A model generated the notes under the pieces. The model made no database searches and was not told the origin of the DNA. It saw nothing but the letters and a program-made list of their open reading frames with translations. Position numbers and translations under genes: made by a program. Source: an uncultured Gammaproteobacteria bacterium (lineage in GTDB: Bacteria; Pseudomonadota; Gammaproteobacteria; JAGOUU01). Taken from it: 64,000 nucleotides of DNA. The first letter of the stretch is position 1. Every line of letters starts with the position of its first letter. Shown here in pieces: positions 1 to 11,553 of this stretch. The stretch spans positions 118,619-182,618 of the forward strand of contig CAXBNV010000001.1 of NCBI GenBank assembly GCA_963977185.1, written 5' to 3'.

Positions 1-2
1 CA

Positions 3-1862
3 AAAGAAATGAAAGATAGGATAGCTGTTACTAACTCTTATTTGGGTAATATAAATCATATGTTTTTAGGAACATTTCATAGTATTTGTCATAGGTTATT
101 AAAAAAACATGTCCATGATGCAAATTTAGACAGTAATTTTCAGATCATAGATATGGATGATCAATTGAAAATTATTAAAGATCTAATTAAATCAAGCGGA
201 GCAGATGTTAAAGAATTTGCAAAACCAGCACAGTATTTTATAAATTCACAAAAAGAAGAAGGTCTAAGAGCTAATGTTGTTTCAGGTGCGTTAAATTTTC
301 ATGGCAGAAATACAGATTTTTTAATAGCAATATATCAAAAATATGAAAAAATTTGCTTAAAAAATAGCTTTGTTGATTTTTCTGAATTATTACTACGAGT
401 AATTGAATTATTTAAAAGTAATAAAATTATTCTAGAGCATTATAAAAATAGATTTAAATATATATTAGTAGATGAGTTTCAAGATACTAATGATTTACAA
501 TATGAATTTTTAGAATTATTAAAAAGTGATGACAATTCTTATATGATGGTTGGAGATGATGATCAAGCTATTTATGGCTGGCGTGGTGCAAATGTTGAAA
601 ATATGAAAAAGTTTTTAACTAATTTTGCAAACACAGAAGTAATTAAGCTTGAGCAAAATTATAGATCTACCAAAAATATTTTAAATGCTGCTAATGCTGT
701 TATATCTGAAAATACAGATAGATTAGGTAAGAATCTATGGACAGATGGACTTAATGGTGAAACAGTGCAAGTAATATCTACTTATAATGATATAGCTGAA
801 AGTCAGTTTGTCATATCTGAAATCATTGAACAAGTATCTGCTCATCAAATTAAATTATCAGATATAGCGATATTATATCGATCTAATGCTCAATCCCGAG
901 TTTTTGAAGAAAATTTATTACGCAATAACATTCCGTATAAAATATACGGAGGTCCTAAATTTTTTGATAGAAGTGAAGTCAAAGATATATTGGCTTATTT
1001 AAGATTAATTTTAAATAATAAAGATGATGTTGCCTTATTAAGAATTATTAATTTACCAACAAGAGGGATAGGTGCTAAAACTATTAGTCAATTAAGACTT
1101 GAGGCACAAGATAATAATATTTCAATGTTTGAAAATTTAAAAAATATAAATAATAATCAATATTTATCAAGCAGAGCCAAATTAGCAGTACAAAAATTTG
1201 TAGATTTAATTTTAGATATAGAAGATAAAATTAAAAACTTATCTTTAGATCAAAAAGTATTAAAGACTTTAGAGCTATCAGGGTTATATAATTATTATAG
1301 TTTGGATAAATCTCCCAAGGGCAAAACTAGATTAGAAAATCTAAATGAGCTTGTTAATGCATGTAAGCAATTTAGTAATAATGATTTTTATTTTAATGAA
1401 GATTTTGATTTAGAAATAGATAAAAATAATATTAAGTCAGAATCTAATGATGAGTCTGGTGGCAATGATGAGCTGCAAGAATTTTTAAGCTATGTTACGT
1501 TAGATAGTAATAGTGAAGCTATTGATGGTAAAAACAATGATAATAATTTTAGCAATAATGGCTGTATTAATTTGATGACTTTGCATAGTGCAAAAGGATT
1601 AGAATTTAAAATAGTGTTTCTAGTTGGTATGGAAGATGGTTTATTACCACATGAAATGTCAATTAAAGAGCCAGGCCGCATAGATGAAGAAAGAAGATTG
1701 TGTTATGTAGGTTTTACAAGGGCTAAAGAAAAGTTATATTTAAGCTATGCTCTAAATAGATTTCTTAATGGAAATTATATTCATAGTATTCCTTCAAGAT
1801 ATATAGATGATATTCCTGCTGATATTATAAGCTTTAGTAAATATAGTGAATATATAAATTAA
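3..1862 (+). CDS. UvrD/Rep-family SF1 DNA helicase; the 5' end lies outside the window
   Basis: The frame is open from the window edge. Helicase motifs [31 protein letters not shown] and [10 protein letters not shown] are present. An acidic low-complexity insert follows LHSAKG. Confidence 0.85.
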   Translation, partial: KEMKDRIAVTNSYLGNINHMFLGTFHSICHRLLKKHVHDANLDSNFQIIDMDDQLKIIKDLIKSSGADVKEFAKPAQYFINSQKEEGLRANVVSGALNFHGRNTDFLIAIYQKYEKICLKNSFVDFSELLLRVIELFKSNKIILEHYKNRFKYILVDEFQDTNDLQYEFLELLKSDDNSYMMVGDDDQAIYGWRGANVENMKKFLTNFANTEVIKLEQNYRSTKNILNAANAVISENTDRLGKNLWTDGLNGETVQVISTYNDIAESQFVISEIIEQVSAHQIKLSDIAILYRSNAQSRVFEENLLRNNIPYKIYGGPKFFDRSEVKDILAYLRLILNNKDDVALLRIINLPTRGIGAKTISQLRLEAQDNNISMFENLKNINNNQYLSSRAKLAVQKFVDLILDIEDKIKNLSLDQKVLKTLELSGLYNYYSLDKSPKGKTRLENLNELVNACKQFSNNDFYFNEDFDLEIDKNNIKSESNDESGGNDELQEFLSYVTLDSNSEAIDGKNNDNNFSNNGCINLMTLHSAKGLEFKIVFLVGMEDGLLPHEMSIKEPGRIDEERRLCYVGFTRAKEKLYLSYALNRFLNGNYIHSIPSRYIDDIPADIISFSKYSEYIN

Positions 1863-4594
1863 TTTTTAATTATTATTTGTTTAAGTTTATATAATAAATT
1901 TAAAGCATCTTTAGGAGTGAGTTCATCTGGATTATTTTTAGAAATTATATTATCTAATATTTTATATTTTTCTATGATATCTTGATTTTTGATATAATCT
2001 TTTGAGTTATTAGTTGTGCCTAATACCTGATTGTTTTTAATATTATTATTACAAGAATTAGTTTCTGTGTTTTCTAATTCTTGTAATTTTGTTTTTGCTG
2101 TATTTATAGTACTTTGTGGGACACCTGCAAGTTTTGCAACTTGAAGACCATAGCTTTTACTAGCGGCACCAGGTTTTACTTTATGTAAAAAAGTTAAACT
2201 ACTATTTTGTTCTATTGCTTCTAGGTGTAAATTAATAATGTTGGTGTTATCTTTATCAAGCTGAGTTAGCTCAAAAAAATGAGTTGCAAATAAAGTATAA
2301 CTTTTGATGTTTTCAGCAAGTGTTTTTGCTGTTGCATATGCAAGTGCTAAGCCATCATAAGTGCTTGTGCCACGTCCGATTTCATCTAGCAAAACTAAAG
2401 AATTTTTTGTTGCATGATTTAAAATATTTGCAGTTTCAGTCATTTCAACCATAAAGGTTGATTTGCCCTCAGCTAAATCATCGCTTGCGCCTATTCTAGT
2501 AAAGATTCTATCGATTAAGCCTATTTTACAGATTTCTGCAGGAACGAAACTTCCTATATGAGCTAATAATACTATAAGGGCTGTTTGACGCATGTAGGTA
2601 GATTTTCCGCCCATATTAGGGCCTGTTAAAATAATTAGTTTTTTATTTTGGTCTAAATATAAGTCATTGGGAATAAAATCTGCAGATTGATTCTCTTCTA
2701 CTATCAAATGTCGGCCATTATTGTATTTAAAAAGATTATCATTATTTAAAGTAGGTCTTGATAAATTTAAACTAATTGCTCTTTCTGCAAGATTAGATAA
2801 TACATCTAATAAAGCTAAACTTTGCGCTGTTTGCTGTAGTAATTTTAGTTTTTGATTTAAAGTAACTAATATATTATTGTATAATTCTTTTTCTAATTCT
2901 AAGGCTTTATCTTTGCTTGATAAAACTTTTTCTTCCAAAGATTTTAACTCAGGTGTAATATATCTTTCTGCATTTTTTAAAGTTTGACGTCTTGTATAAT
3001 CTTCAGGTACTTTTAAAGCAAAACTTTGTGCTTTAGATATTTCTATGTAAAACCCATGAACTTTATTGTATTTAACTCTTAAGTTTTGAGAGTTACAACG
3101 TTGTTTTTCTTTTATTTCTATTTGGTTTAAATGTTCATCTAATGAAAGATTAATATTTCTTAGGTTATCTAATTCCTGATTGTAATTATTTTTAATAACA
3201 TTGCCATTTTTAATTAAATTAGAAGGGGTATCTTTTATAGCTAGTTCTAACAGCTTTTTTAAATCATCAAGGTCATGAAGATAATTATAGATTTGTAGAA
3301 TTAAATTATGATTTAATTCAGATGGTTTATAATTTAAAGAATTAAGTGTTTTTTTTATATCCGGAATAACAGATAAAGAAAGTTTTAATTTAACTAAATC
3401 ATGTGGTCTTGCTGTTAACATTGCAACTCGTGCAACAATTCTTTCCATATCATTGATTGATTTAAGTAATATTTGAAATTTTTCAAAATGAAAGTCATTT
3501 TGTAATATTTCTATAGAATTAAATCTTTTATTTAATATTTCATGGCTCCTAATAGGGTTCATGAGCCATCTTTGTAGTAATCTTGATCCCATTGGGGTTA
3601 CTGTATTGTCTATGATATTTAATAAAGTATTATTTTTAGAGCCAGACAAGCTTGTTATAATTTCTAAATTTTTTCTACTTGATGGATCTATTTGAATAAT
3701 ATTGTCATGATTTATTATTTTAGGAATAGAGATGTGAGGCAAAGATATTTTTTGAGTATTTTGACAATAATTTAATAAAGCTCCAGTTGATATAAGACAA
3801 GATTCCAAAGTTTTTATATCTAAAGAATCAATGTTTTTTAAATTATATTGTTTTAATATAAGATTTTCTGCAAAAATTTTATTGAATTCAAAATCTGGTT
3901 TCGGTGTTATTGCGATATTTTTAAAAAAATTATTATGATTATTAAAAAAATCTAAATATTCATGACAAGATTCAGATATTAAAATCTCAGACGGATTAAT
4001 TCTAGATATTTCATTTTTAATAGTTTCTATAATATTATTTTTATTATTAATATCTTCTAGTTTTAATTCAAAAGAGTTTAATCTGCCAGAGCTTATTTCA
4101 ATATATGATATAGCTAAATTAGAATTTTTAGATTTTTTGTGAATATATATAGATAATAAAATGTTTTCTGATTTTAAGCTTAATAAACTTTCATCACAAA
4201 TTGTTCCTTTAGTAATAATTTTAACAACTTTTCTGTCAACAGGTCCTTTGCCATTCGGCTCGCTTGTTTGTTCGCATATTGCAATTGGTTTTCCAAATTT
4301 TACTAACCTAGCTAAATATGATTCTATTGCATGATAAGGAACGCCAGCCATTGGAATTGAATTTCCTCCTGATTTTCCTCGTGCTGTTAGAGTGATATCT
4401 AATAATGTAGAAACTTCTTTTGCATCTTGATAAAACAATTCATAAAAATCACCCATGCGATATAATAAATAATGATTTGGATATTCAGCTTTTATATTTA
4501 AATATTGCTGCATCATAGGAGTATGATTATTTGTTGTATTTATTTCTGGATTTATTATTGATTTTTTTGATGCGAAGTTATTTGCATGTGTCAT
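1859..4594 (-). CDS. mutS: DNA mismatch repair protein MutS
   Basis: N-terminus HTPMMQQYL. Walker [18 protein letters not shown] signature [11 protein letters not shown]. Walker [17 protein letters not shown]. Short N- and C-terminal extensions relative to E. coli. Confidence 0.93.
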   Translation of the reverse strand: MTHANNFASKKSIINPEINTTNNHTPMMQQYLNIKAEYPNHYLLYRMGDFYELFYQDAKEVSTLLDITLTARGKSGGNSIPMAGVPYHAIESYLARLVKFGKPIAICEQTSEPNGKGPVDRKVVKIITKGTICDESLLSLKSENILLSIYIHKKSKNSNLAISYIEISSGRLNSFELKLEDINNKNNIIETIKNEISRINPSEILISESCHEYLDFFNNHNNFFKNIAITPKPDFEFNKIFAENLILKQYNLKNIDSLDIKTLESCLISTGALLNYCQNTQKISLPHISIPKIINHDNIIQIDPSSRKNLEIITSLSGSKNNTLLNIIDNTVTPMGSRLLQRWLMNPIRSHEILNKRFNSIEILQNDFHFEKFQILLKSINDMERIVARVAMLTARPHDLVKLKLSLSVIPDIKKTLNSLNYKPSELNHNLILQIYNYLHDLDDLKKLLELAIKDTPSNLIKNGNVIKNNYNQELDNLRNINLSLDEHLNQIEIKEKQRCNSQNLRVKYNKVHGFYIEISKAQSFALKVPEDYTRRQTLKNAERYITPELKSLEEKVLSSKDKALELEKELYNNILVTLNQKLKLLQQTAQSLALLDVLSNLAERAISLNLSRPTLNNDNLFKYNNGRHLIVEENQSADFIPNDLYLDQNKKLIILTGPNMGGKSTYMRQTALIVLLAHIGSFVPAEICKIGLIDRIFTRIGASDDLAEGKSTFMVEMTETANILNHATKNSLVLLDEIGRGTSTYDGLALAYATAKTLAENIKSYTLFATHFFELTQLDKDNTNIINLHLEAIEQNSSLTFLHKVKPGAASKSYGLQVAKLAGVPQSTINTAKTKLQELENTETNSCNNNIKNNQVLGTTNNSKDYIKNQDIIEKYKILDNIISKNNPDELTPKDALNLLYKLKQIIIKN

Positions 4595-4701
4595 AATTAT
4601 TAAGTTGATTAAAATTTTCTTGAGTTCATTTGAGTTAAATTTTATATTAATGTTAGTTTTATATAAAGTTTTTATTTTTATATTATATTAGGATAAAAGA
4701 T

Positions 4702-5211
4702 ATGTTAATTTCTGGATCGATAGATCAATTAGCTAAAAAACTAGGTGAAATTCTATTAAATCATAAATTAAAAATTACTACAGCTGAGTCGTGTACTGGT
4801 GGCTGGTTATCTCAGGCTATTACATCAATGCCAGGGAGTTCTAATTGGATTGAACGAGCTTATATAACTTATTCTAATAAAGCTAAGCATGATATGCTTG
4901 ATGTTGATTTAAAAGTTCTAGAAGCAAAAGGGGCGGTTAGCCAAGAAGTTGTAAAAGAAATGGCTTTTAATGCTCTTGAAAAATCTAAAGCTAATATCAG
5001 TGTGGCAATTAGTGGTATTGCTGGACCTGATGGAGGCAATGAGTTAAAGCCTGTTGGCACTGTATGGTTGGGAATTGCTGTCAAGACTCATGATTTAAAA
5101 GATATAAATTTTGCAAGTAAATTATTGCATTTACAAGGAGATAGAACGTTAATAAGGCAGCAAGCAGTACAACATGCTTTATCTGCTGTTATAGAAATGT
5201 TTGAAAACTAA
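4702..5211 (+). CDS. pncC: CinA C-terminal domain protein (NMN amidohydrolase PncC/YgaD-like)
   Basis: TAESCTGGW motif. About 165 aa. Sits immediately upstream of recA, as ygaD does in E. coli. Confidence 0.8.
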   Translation: MLISGSIDQLAKKLGEILLNHKLKITTAESCTGGWLSQAITSMPGSSNWIERAYITYSNKAKHDMLDVDLKVLEAKGAVSQEVVKEMAFNALEKSKANISVAISGIAGPDGGNELKPVGTVWLGIAVKTHDLKDINFASKLLHLQGDRTLIRQQAVQHALSAVIEMFEN

Positions 5212-5287
5212 TATTACAACATACTAGCTAGTATTTAGAATATAGATTAATATTGTTAAAATAAGTAATAAATATAGGGGATATACC

Positions 5288-6331
5288 TTGGATACAAATA
5301 AGTCAAAAGCTTTAAATGCAGCATTGGGTCAAATTGAAAAGCAATTTGGTAAAGGCGCAATTATGCGTATGGGAGACAAAGGTTATATACAAACTATAGA
5401 TGTTGTATCAACTGGCTCAATAGGATTAGATGTAGCCTTAGGAATTGGTGGGTTACCAAAAGGTAGAGTAGTTGAAATTTATGGACCAGAATCATCAGGT
5501 AAGACAACTTTAACTTTACACGCTATTGCTGAGTGTCAAAAAACAGGTGGTGTTGCTGCATTTATTGATGCAGAGCATGCATTAGATCCAATATATGCAA
5601 AAAAATTAGGGGTTAATATTGATGAATTAATTATTTCTCAGCCAGATACAGGAGAGCAGGCTTTAGAGATAGTAGATATGTTAGTGCGATCAGGTACTGT
5701 TGACTTAGTTGTAGTTGATTCTGTTGCTGCTTTAACACCAAGAGCTGAAATTGAAGGTGATATGGGAGATTCTCATATGGGTCTTCAAGCAAGATTAATG
5801 TCACAAGCTTTAAGAAAGCTTACATCTAATATTAAAAAAGCTAATACTTTGGTTATATTTATTAACCAAATTAGAATGAAAATAGGTGTTATGTTTGGTA
5901 GTCCTGAGACAACAACTGGCGGTAATGCCTTAAAATTTTATGCATCTGTTAGATTAGATATTAGAAGAACAGGGGCTATAAAAAAAGGCGATGAAATTTT
6001 AGGTAATGAAACTAAAGTTAAAGTTGTTAAAAATAAAATGGCGCCTCCATTTAAAATTACAGAATTTGATATTTTGTATGGCGAAGGTATATCAAGACTT
6101 GGTGAAGTTATTGATTTAGGTGTTAAATTTGACATAATTGCTAAAGCAGGTGCTTGGTATAGTTACAATGAAGACAGAATTGGTCAAGGTAAAGAAAATG
6201 TCAGAAATTATTTAAAAGAAAACTCTGCTATGGCAGCTGAAATTGAAGCTAGAATTAGAGAGCATATGCTGCCTAAGGTTGAGCTTGCTGTTAAAGAAAA
6301 ACTTGAAGAATCTGAGTCAACTGGGGCTTAA
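5288..6331 (+). CDS. recA: Recombinase RecA; probable TTG start
   Basis: [16 protein letters not shown]. Walker [13 protein letters not shown] aggGG lies 8 nt upstream of a TTG. Confidence 0.95.
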   Translation: MDTNKSKALNAALGQIEKQFGKGAIMRMGDKGYIQTIDVVSTGSIGLDVALGIGGLPKGRVVEIYGPESSGKTTLTLHAIAECQKTGGVAAFIDAEHALDPIYAKKLGVNIDELIISQPDTGEQALEIVDMLVRSGTVDLVVVDSVAALTPRAEIEGDMGDSHMGLQARLMSQALRKLTSNIKKANTLVIFINQIRMKIGVMFGSPETTTGGNALKFYASVRLDIRRTGAIKKGDEILGNETKVKVVKNKMAPPFKITEFDILYGEGISRLGEVIDLGVKFDIIAKAGAWYSYNEDRIGQGKENVRNYLKENSAMAAEIEARIREHMLPKVELAVKEKLEESESTGA

Positions 6332-6506
6332 TAATATATTTTTCATGTAAAGCTAGAAAGCGAGAGTAGTTTGTAAGAGTTATTTTAATAGTTCTATTTA
6401 GAATTTGCGGTTAATTTTTACTATACCTTCGCTTTCTTTTTTATTAAAACAAGATCATTTGTTTTGCAAGTAACATTATTTAAATTAAAAATATTAGTTA
6501 AATGCA

Positions 6507-6980
6507 ATGTCGCAATACACAGAAATCAAAAACAAAGCTATATATTTTTTATCAAGACGTGAGTATAGCAAGCTTGAGTTAATCACTAGACTTAATAGAT
6601 ACCCTAATTTTCAAGAAGATTTAATTATTCAAGTAATTGATGAATTAATAGAAAAAGATTACTTAAGTGATTTAAGATTTTCTGAACAATATGTTAATAT
6701 GCTTCTTAATAAAGGACTTGGGTTTAAAAAAATAAAATATGAGCTTAAGTTAAAAGGCATATCGGATGCTAGAATTATAGAACTATTAAATATTTCGGAT
6801 ATAAATTGGCACACTAATGCTTTAAATTTAGCCCATAAAAAATATGGAAAAAAGAATATACGAGATGTAAAAATCTTGGCAAAAATTCAAAGACATTTAT
6901 ATTCAAAAGGATTTGATATAGACATTATTTATTATGTAATAAATTATTATAAAAATTATCAAGATTATGAAACTACATGA
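6507..6980 (+). CDS. recX: Regulatory protein RecX
   Basis: 157 aa. Downstream of recA. Helical-repeat composition typical of RecX. Overlaps the alaS start. Confidence 0.8.
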   Translation: MSQYTEIKNKAIYFLSRREYSKLELITRLNRYPNFQEDLIIQVIDELIEKDYLSDLRFSEQYVNMLLNKGLGFKKIKYELKLKGISDARIIELLNISDINWHTNALNLAHKKYGKKNIRDVKILAKIQRHLYSKGFDIDIIYYVINYYKNYQDYETT

Positions 6981-9624
6981 AATTAGACAGAAATTTTTAG
7001 ATTATTTTACTAATTTAAATCATACAGTTGTTCCATCTAGCCCATTGATACCTGCAAATGATCCTACTTTATTATTTACCAATGCAGGAATGGTGCAATT
7101 TAAAGAAGTTTTTTTAGGATTAGATAAAAGAGAATATAACAAAGCTGTATCTGTACAAAAATGTCTTAGAGCTGGCGGCAAACATAATGATCTAGATAAT
7201 GTTGGCTATACAGCAAGACATCATACTTTTTTTGAAATGCTAGGAAACTTTAGTTTTGGAGATTATTTTAAAGAAGAAGCTATAGATTTTGCTTGGAAAT
7301 TTCTGACTGAAGAATTAAAAATTCCTAAAGAAAAACTTTGGGTAACTGTGCATCACTCTGATCAAGAATCTGAAGATATATGGATTAATCAGATTAATTT
7401 TCCTAAAGAGCGTATTGCAAAATGTGATGAAGATAACTTTTGGTCTATGGGAGATACTGGTCCTTGTGGGACTAGTACTGAAATATTTTATGATCATGGT
7501 GATAAATATCAAGGTAATCCTCCAGGGCATGGAGATGAAGGCGATAGGTTTGTTGAAATCTGGAATCTGGTTTTCATGCAATATGATAGAGATATAGATG
7601 GTAATATGAACAAGTTACCAATGACCTGTATTGATACAGGTATGGGTCTTGAGAGAATTACTGCTGTCATGCAAGGTGTGAATAATAATTATGAAATAGA
7701 TTTTTTTAAAGCTTTAATTTCTAAAATTAGTTCAATTATTTCTGAAGTTAATAAAAATTTAGATTTAAATAGTCCTTCTTTAAAAGTAATAGCTGATCAT
7801 ATTAGATCTAGTGCTTTTTTAATAGCTGACGGTGTTATTCCTAGTAATGAAGGGCGTGGTTATGTGTTGCGACGAATTATTAGACGAGCTTTAAGACATG
7901 GCCATAAATTAGGCATGCGTAAGCCGTTTTTTTATAGATTAGTTGATACTTTGGCTTCTCTTATGGGTAATGTATATAAAGAATTGATAGATTCTTTTAA
8001 GATTATTGAAGAAGTTTTATTAAAAGAAGAAGAACAATTTTTAAAAACGCTAGATCAAGGTATGGTTGTTCTTGATAAATATATTCAGGAAATTAAACAA
8101 AATAATGTAAATGTTTTAGCAGGTCACATGACTTTTAAGCTTTATGATACTTATGGCTTCCCTGTAGATTTAACTTTTGATATTGCAAGAGAGCAAGATT
8201 TGCTAATTGATGAGTCTGGTTTTCAAAAAGAAATGGAGCAACAAAAAGAGTTAGCAAGAAGCTCAAGTCAATTTAATAAAGTTTATGAAAAAGGTTTAGA
8301 CTTAGGCAAGTTAAGTGATACTGCTACAAAATTTATTGGTTATGATAATAGCTATAAAAAATTATCTCATAAAGTTAATATTTTAGGGCTATATAAATTA
8401 ACTGATAAAGATAATATTGAGCAAGTATCTACACTAGAATTAGAACAAAGTGGGCTTTTAATTACAGATAAGACACCATTTTATGCTGAATCTGGCGGTC
8501 AAGTAGGTGATAAAGGTTACTTTATTAAAGATCAAGATAACAAAATAAAAGTATTAGATGTTTTTAAAGTAAAAAAAGTTTTTGTTCATAAAGTGTTAAT
8601 TAAAACAGGTAATATTAATGTAGATGATGTTGTTTTAGCTGAAGTTGATATTGATTTAAGAGCTGCAACTGCAAGAAATCATTCAGCAACTCATTTATTA
8701 CATGCAGCATTAAGAGATATTTTAGGAAATTTTGTTAAACAAAGAGGTTCATATGTTGGACCTGATTATTTGCGATTTGATTTTTCTTATCATAAATCTA
8801 TATCTGCTATTGATTTACAAAAAATAACTAATAAAGTAAATAAGCTAATTTTAGATAATACTCAAGTTTCTACAGATATAATGTCAATGGAACAAGCTCA
8901 GGATAAAGGAGCGATGGCATTATTTGGAGAAAAATATGATAAAGATGTAAGAGTTTTAACTATGGCTGATACTTATTCAAAAGAGCTATGTGGTGGGACT
9001 CATGTGTCAGCAACCGGTGACATTGGTGCTTTTTTCATTATAAGTGAATCAAGTGTTGCAACTGGAGTCAGAAGAATAGAGGCAATAACTGGCATTAAAG
9101 CGATTCAAGAATTTTTAGATAAGCAACAAAAACTTAATGAGATAAGTGGTTTATTAAGTTGCGATATTAATAATATAAGTAAAAAAATAGAAGGCTTACA
9201 AGATAAGCAAAAGCTATTAGAAAAAGAGTTAAAATCTTTAAAGTCTAAACTAGCAAATCAGTCTAGTGATGATTTATTAAATCAAGTTACAAAAGTAGGT
9301 GATATTAACGTCTTAACTGCTATTATTAAAGATACTGAGGGCAGTAATTTACGTAATTTGATAGATAACTTAAAGACTAAGTTTGATAAAGCAGTAATTG
9401 TTTTAGCTGTTGTAGAGAATAATAAAATATCATTGGTTGCTGGAGTTACGAAGAATTGTACTAAAGAATTACACGCAGGTAATTTGATTAAAATACTTGC
9501 TGAAAAAGTAGATGGACGGGGCGGCGGTCGCCCTGATTTTGCATCAGGCGGTGGGCAGAACATATTAGCATTAGACTCTGCATTACTTGGCGTTAAAGAT
9601 TGGGTTGCAAACAGTATTGCTTAA
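6967..9624 (+). CDS. alaS: Alanine--tRNA ligase
   Basis: PTLLFTNAGMVQFK. HSATHLLH editing motif. C-terminal DHHA1-type domain with GGGRPDFASGGG. Confidence 0.95.
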   Translation: MKLHEIRQKFLDYFTNLNHTVVPSSPLIPANDPTLLFTNAGMVQFKEVFLGLDKREYNKAVSVQKCLRAGGKHNDLDNVGYTARHHTFFEMLGNFSFGDYFKEEAIDFAWKFLTEELKIPKEKLWVTVHHSDQESEDIWINQINFPKERIAKCDEDNFWSMGDTGPCGTSTEIFYDHGDKYQGNPPGHGDEGDRFVEIWNLVFMQYDRDIDGNMNKLPMTCIDTGMGLERITAVMQGVNNNYEIDFFKALISKISSIISEVNKNLDLNSPSLKVIADHIRSSAFLIADGVIPSNEGRGYVLRRIIRRALRHGHKLGMRKPFFYRLVDTLASLMGNVYKELIDSFKIIEEVLLKEEEQFLKTLDQGMVVLDKYIQEIKQNNVNVLAGHMTFKLYDTYGFPVDLTFDIAREQDLLIDESGFQKEMEQQKELARSSSQFNKVYEKGLDLGKLSDTATKFIGYDNSYKKLSHKVNILGLYKLTDKDNIEQVSTLELEQSGLLITDKTPFYAESGGQVGDKGYFIKDQDNKIKVLDVFKVKKVFVHKVLIKTGNINVDDVVLAEVDIDLRAATARNHSATHLLHAALRDILGNFVKQRGSYVGPDYLRFDFSYHKSISAIDLQKITNKVNKLILDNTQVSTDIMSMEQAQDKGAMALFGEKYDKDVRVLTMADTYSKELCGGTHVSATGDIGAFFIISESSVATGVRRIEAITGIKAIQEFLDKQQKLNEISGLLSCDINNISKKIEGLQDKQKLLEKELKSLKSKLANQSSDDLLNQVTKVGDINVLTAIIKDTEGSNLRNLIDNLKTKFDKAVIVLAVVENNKISLVAGVTKNCTKELHAGNLIKILAEKVDGRGGGRPDFASGGGQNILALDSALLGVKDWVANSIA

Positions 9625-9652
9625 TTAAAAAAGATTAACGGAATAAAATAAC

Positions 9653-10945
9653 ATGGCTCTTATTGTCCAAAAATTTGGTGGTACCTCTGTTGCATCAGTT
9701 GAGTGTATAAAAACTGTAGCATCAAAAATTAGCAATACTGTTCAATCAGGTAATAAGGTTGTAGTTGTTGTTTCTGCTATGGCTGGTGAAACTGATAAAT
9801 TATTAAGATTATCACGAGAAATCACAGATAACCCGCATCCGCGTGAATTAGATGTTTTATTAGCATCAGGCGAGCAAGTTTCTATTGCATTGCTAGCCTT
9901 GGAGTTAATAAAAAGAAATCATAAGGCTAAATCTTATGTAGGTAGCCAAATAGGAGTTTTGACTAATAAAGTCCATAACAAAGCAAGAATTATTGACATA
10001 GATGTTACTAAAATTAATAAAGATTTAGCTGATGACAATATAGTTATTGTTGCTGGCTTTCAAGGCGTTGATGTTGATGGTAATATTACAACATTAGGCA
10101 GAGGCGGATCTGATACTACAGCGGTTGCATTAGCCGTTGCTTTAAAAGCAGATGAATGCCAAGTTTTTACCGATGTTGATGGTGTGTATACAACTGATCC
10201 AAGTATAGTTAGTGATGCACGTAAATTAGATCGCATTAGTTTCTCTGAAATGTTAGAAATGGCAAGCCTCGGTGCTAAAATTTTGCAAACTAGAGCTGTT
10301 GAGCTTGCTGGTAAGCATAGGGTTCCGTTACGAGTTGTCTCAACTTTTGGTCAAGGTGATGGGACGTTGATATCTTATGATCAAAATAATGAGATTGAGA
10401 GTCAGGCTATAACAGGTATTGCAGTAAATATTAGTGAAGTTAAAGTTAAAATTACTTCAGCTGATGATACTTCTTTAATTGGATTAGATAAAAAAAATAA
10501 TACTAATGTATTAACTGATTTGGTAGATGCCTTAACTAAAGAGCATATTGATTTTGATATGTTTTCTTATCGTAAAGTTGGGAATGATAATTTATTAGAT
10601 ATAGAATTCACTATTAATAGTTTTGATTCTGGCAGAGCACATGAAGTTATTTCGCAATATGCTGAAACTGTTTGTGCAAAAAAGGTATTATTTTTAGATG
10701 ATTTTGCTAAAGTTTCAGTTGTAGGACTAGGAATTGGTTCTAATTCTGAGTTGTTAAATAAGATATTCTCTGTGTTAAAAAGCAATAAAATAGAGGCAGA
10801 TATGCTTTTATCTGCTGAAACTAAAGTTTCCTTCCTCATAGACGAAAAGTATGTTAAGCAGGTTGTATGTGATTTGCATGATATTTTTCATTTGGCTAAA
10901 GATGATAGTTTTCGCTATATGTCTGATACAAATAGTACGGGATAA
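9653..10945 (+). CDS. lysC: Aspartokinase
   Basis: N-terminus MALIVQKFGGTSV. C-terminal ACT domains. Order alaS-lysC-csrA matches Pseudomonas. Confidence 0.88.
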   Translation: MALIVQKFGGTSVASVECIKTVASKISNTVQSGNKVVVVVSAMAGETDKLLRLSREITDNPHPRELDVLLASGEQVSIALLALELIKRNHKAKSYVGSQIGVLTNKVHNKARIIDIDVTKINKDLADDNIVIVAGFQGVDVDGNITTLGRGGSDTTAVALAVALKADECQVFTDVDGVYTTDPSIVSDARKLDRISFSEMLEMASLGAKILQTRAVELAGKHRVPLRVVSTFGQGDGTLISYDQNNEIESQAITGIAVNISEVKVKITSADDTSLIGLDKKNNTNVLTDLVDALTKEHIDFDMFSYRKVGNDNLLDIEFTINSFDSGRAHEVISQYAETVCAKKVLFLDDFAKVSVVGLGIGSNSELLNKIFSVLKSNKIEADMLLSAETKVSFLIDEKYVKQVVCDLHDIFHLAKDDSFRYMSDTNSTG

Positions 10946-10991
10946 TTTTCTTGTTCCAATAAAAAATATCTATAATAGTTCAAATACTAAC

Positions 10992-11019
10992 TTGCAATTT
11001 GCTTGGAAAAGTGTAGTAT
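10992..11019 (+). promoter_or_regulatory. Candidate sigma70 promoter for csrA
   Basis: ttgcaa, then 16 nt, then tagtat. A TG lies immediately 5' of the -10. The -10 ends about 57 nt before the csrA ATG. Confidence 0.35.
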
Positions 11020-11076
11020 ACATACTTAATTTTTTGTACAGGTTTTTTATATTTGGAGCGGCAAGGAGAAATATCA

Positions 11077-11304
11077 ATGCTAATTTTAACTAGAAGAGTT
11101 GGTGAAACTTTAATGATTGGTGATGAGGTAACTGTCACTGTTCTAGGAATTAAAGGGAATCAGGTGCGTATAGGTGTTAATGCACCAAAAGAAGTTTCGG
11201 TTCATAGAGAAGAAATTTATTTAAGAATTCAAAATGAAAAAGATGGTAACCCTGAGCAATCATCAGATTCTAATTTTGATGATGTTGATGGTAATAAAGA
11301 GTAA
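11077..11304 (+). CDS. csrA: Carbon storage regulator CsrA/RsmA with an acidic C-terminal tail
   Basis: [51 protein letters not shown] aaggaga upstream of the ATG at 11077. The track ORF begins further upstream at an alternative start. Confidence 0.92.
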   Translation: MLILTRRVGETLMIGDEVTVTVLGIKGNQVRIGVNAPKEVSVHREEIYLRIQNEKDGNPEQSSDSNFDDVDGNKE

Positions 11305-11370
11305 TTAAACAATAAAAGTTTAATTATTAGTTTTACATTTTTCAAAAATGCTGTAAAATCAGTATGGATT

Positions 11371-11461
11371 GGAGAGATGGCCGAGTGGCTGAAGGCGCTC
11401 CCCTGCTAAGGGAGTATAGGTATTGCACCTATCGAGGGTTCGAATCCCTCTCTCTCCGCCA
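11371..11461 (+). tRNA. tRNA-Ser(GCU)
   Basis: Acceptor stem ggagaga/tctctcc. Anticodon loop cuGCUaa. Long variable arm. T-loop ggttcgaatcc. 3' CCA. Confidence 0.88.
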
Positions 11462-11553
11462 GATATTCAATCAAATAGTCCTATGTCTTTTGTCTAATTG
11501 TTTTTATCTGCAATTTACATTCTAAAAATTTAAATTTACACGAGCATTATATA

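Noticed and set aside
1490-9563. Multiple short antisense ORFs embedded in the helicase, mutS, pncC, recA and alaS genes (for example 1490-1681, 4869-5084, 5938-6135, 7315-7581, 9282-9563)
   Set aside because: They lie wholly inside strongly supported conserved genes on the opposite strand or in another frame. Nothing indicates function. The same applies to 10567-10839, 12402-12926, 23476-23993, 30791-31009, 31618-31818, 32693-32899, 34377-35212, 36233-36436, 36791-37039 (antisense of tRNA-Ala and tRNA-Glu), 38679-38879, 40081-40704, 42322-42504, 44351-44560, 48232-48573, 55423-55698, 56701-56907, 58064-58321, 59895-60101 and 62371-62637.
9625-9652. Lysine riboswitch upstream of lysC
   Set aside because: Only 28 nt separate alaS and lysC, which is too short for an L-box. 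lysC appears co-transcribed with alaS.
10851-11093. 80 aa plus-strand ORF bridging lysC and csrA
   Set aside because: Overlaps the lysC C-terminus in another frame and the csrA promoter and RBS. Hydrophobic low-complexity translation. Dropped in favour of csrA at 11077.
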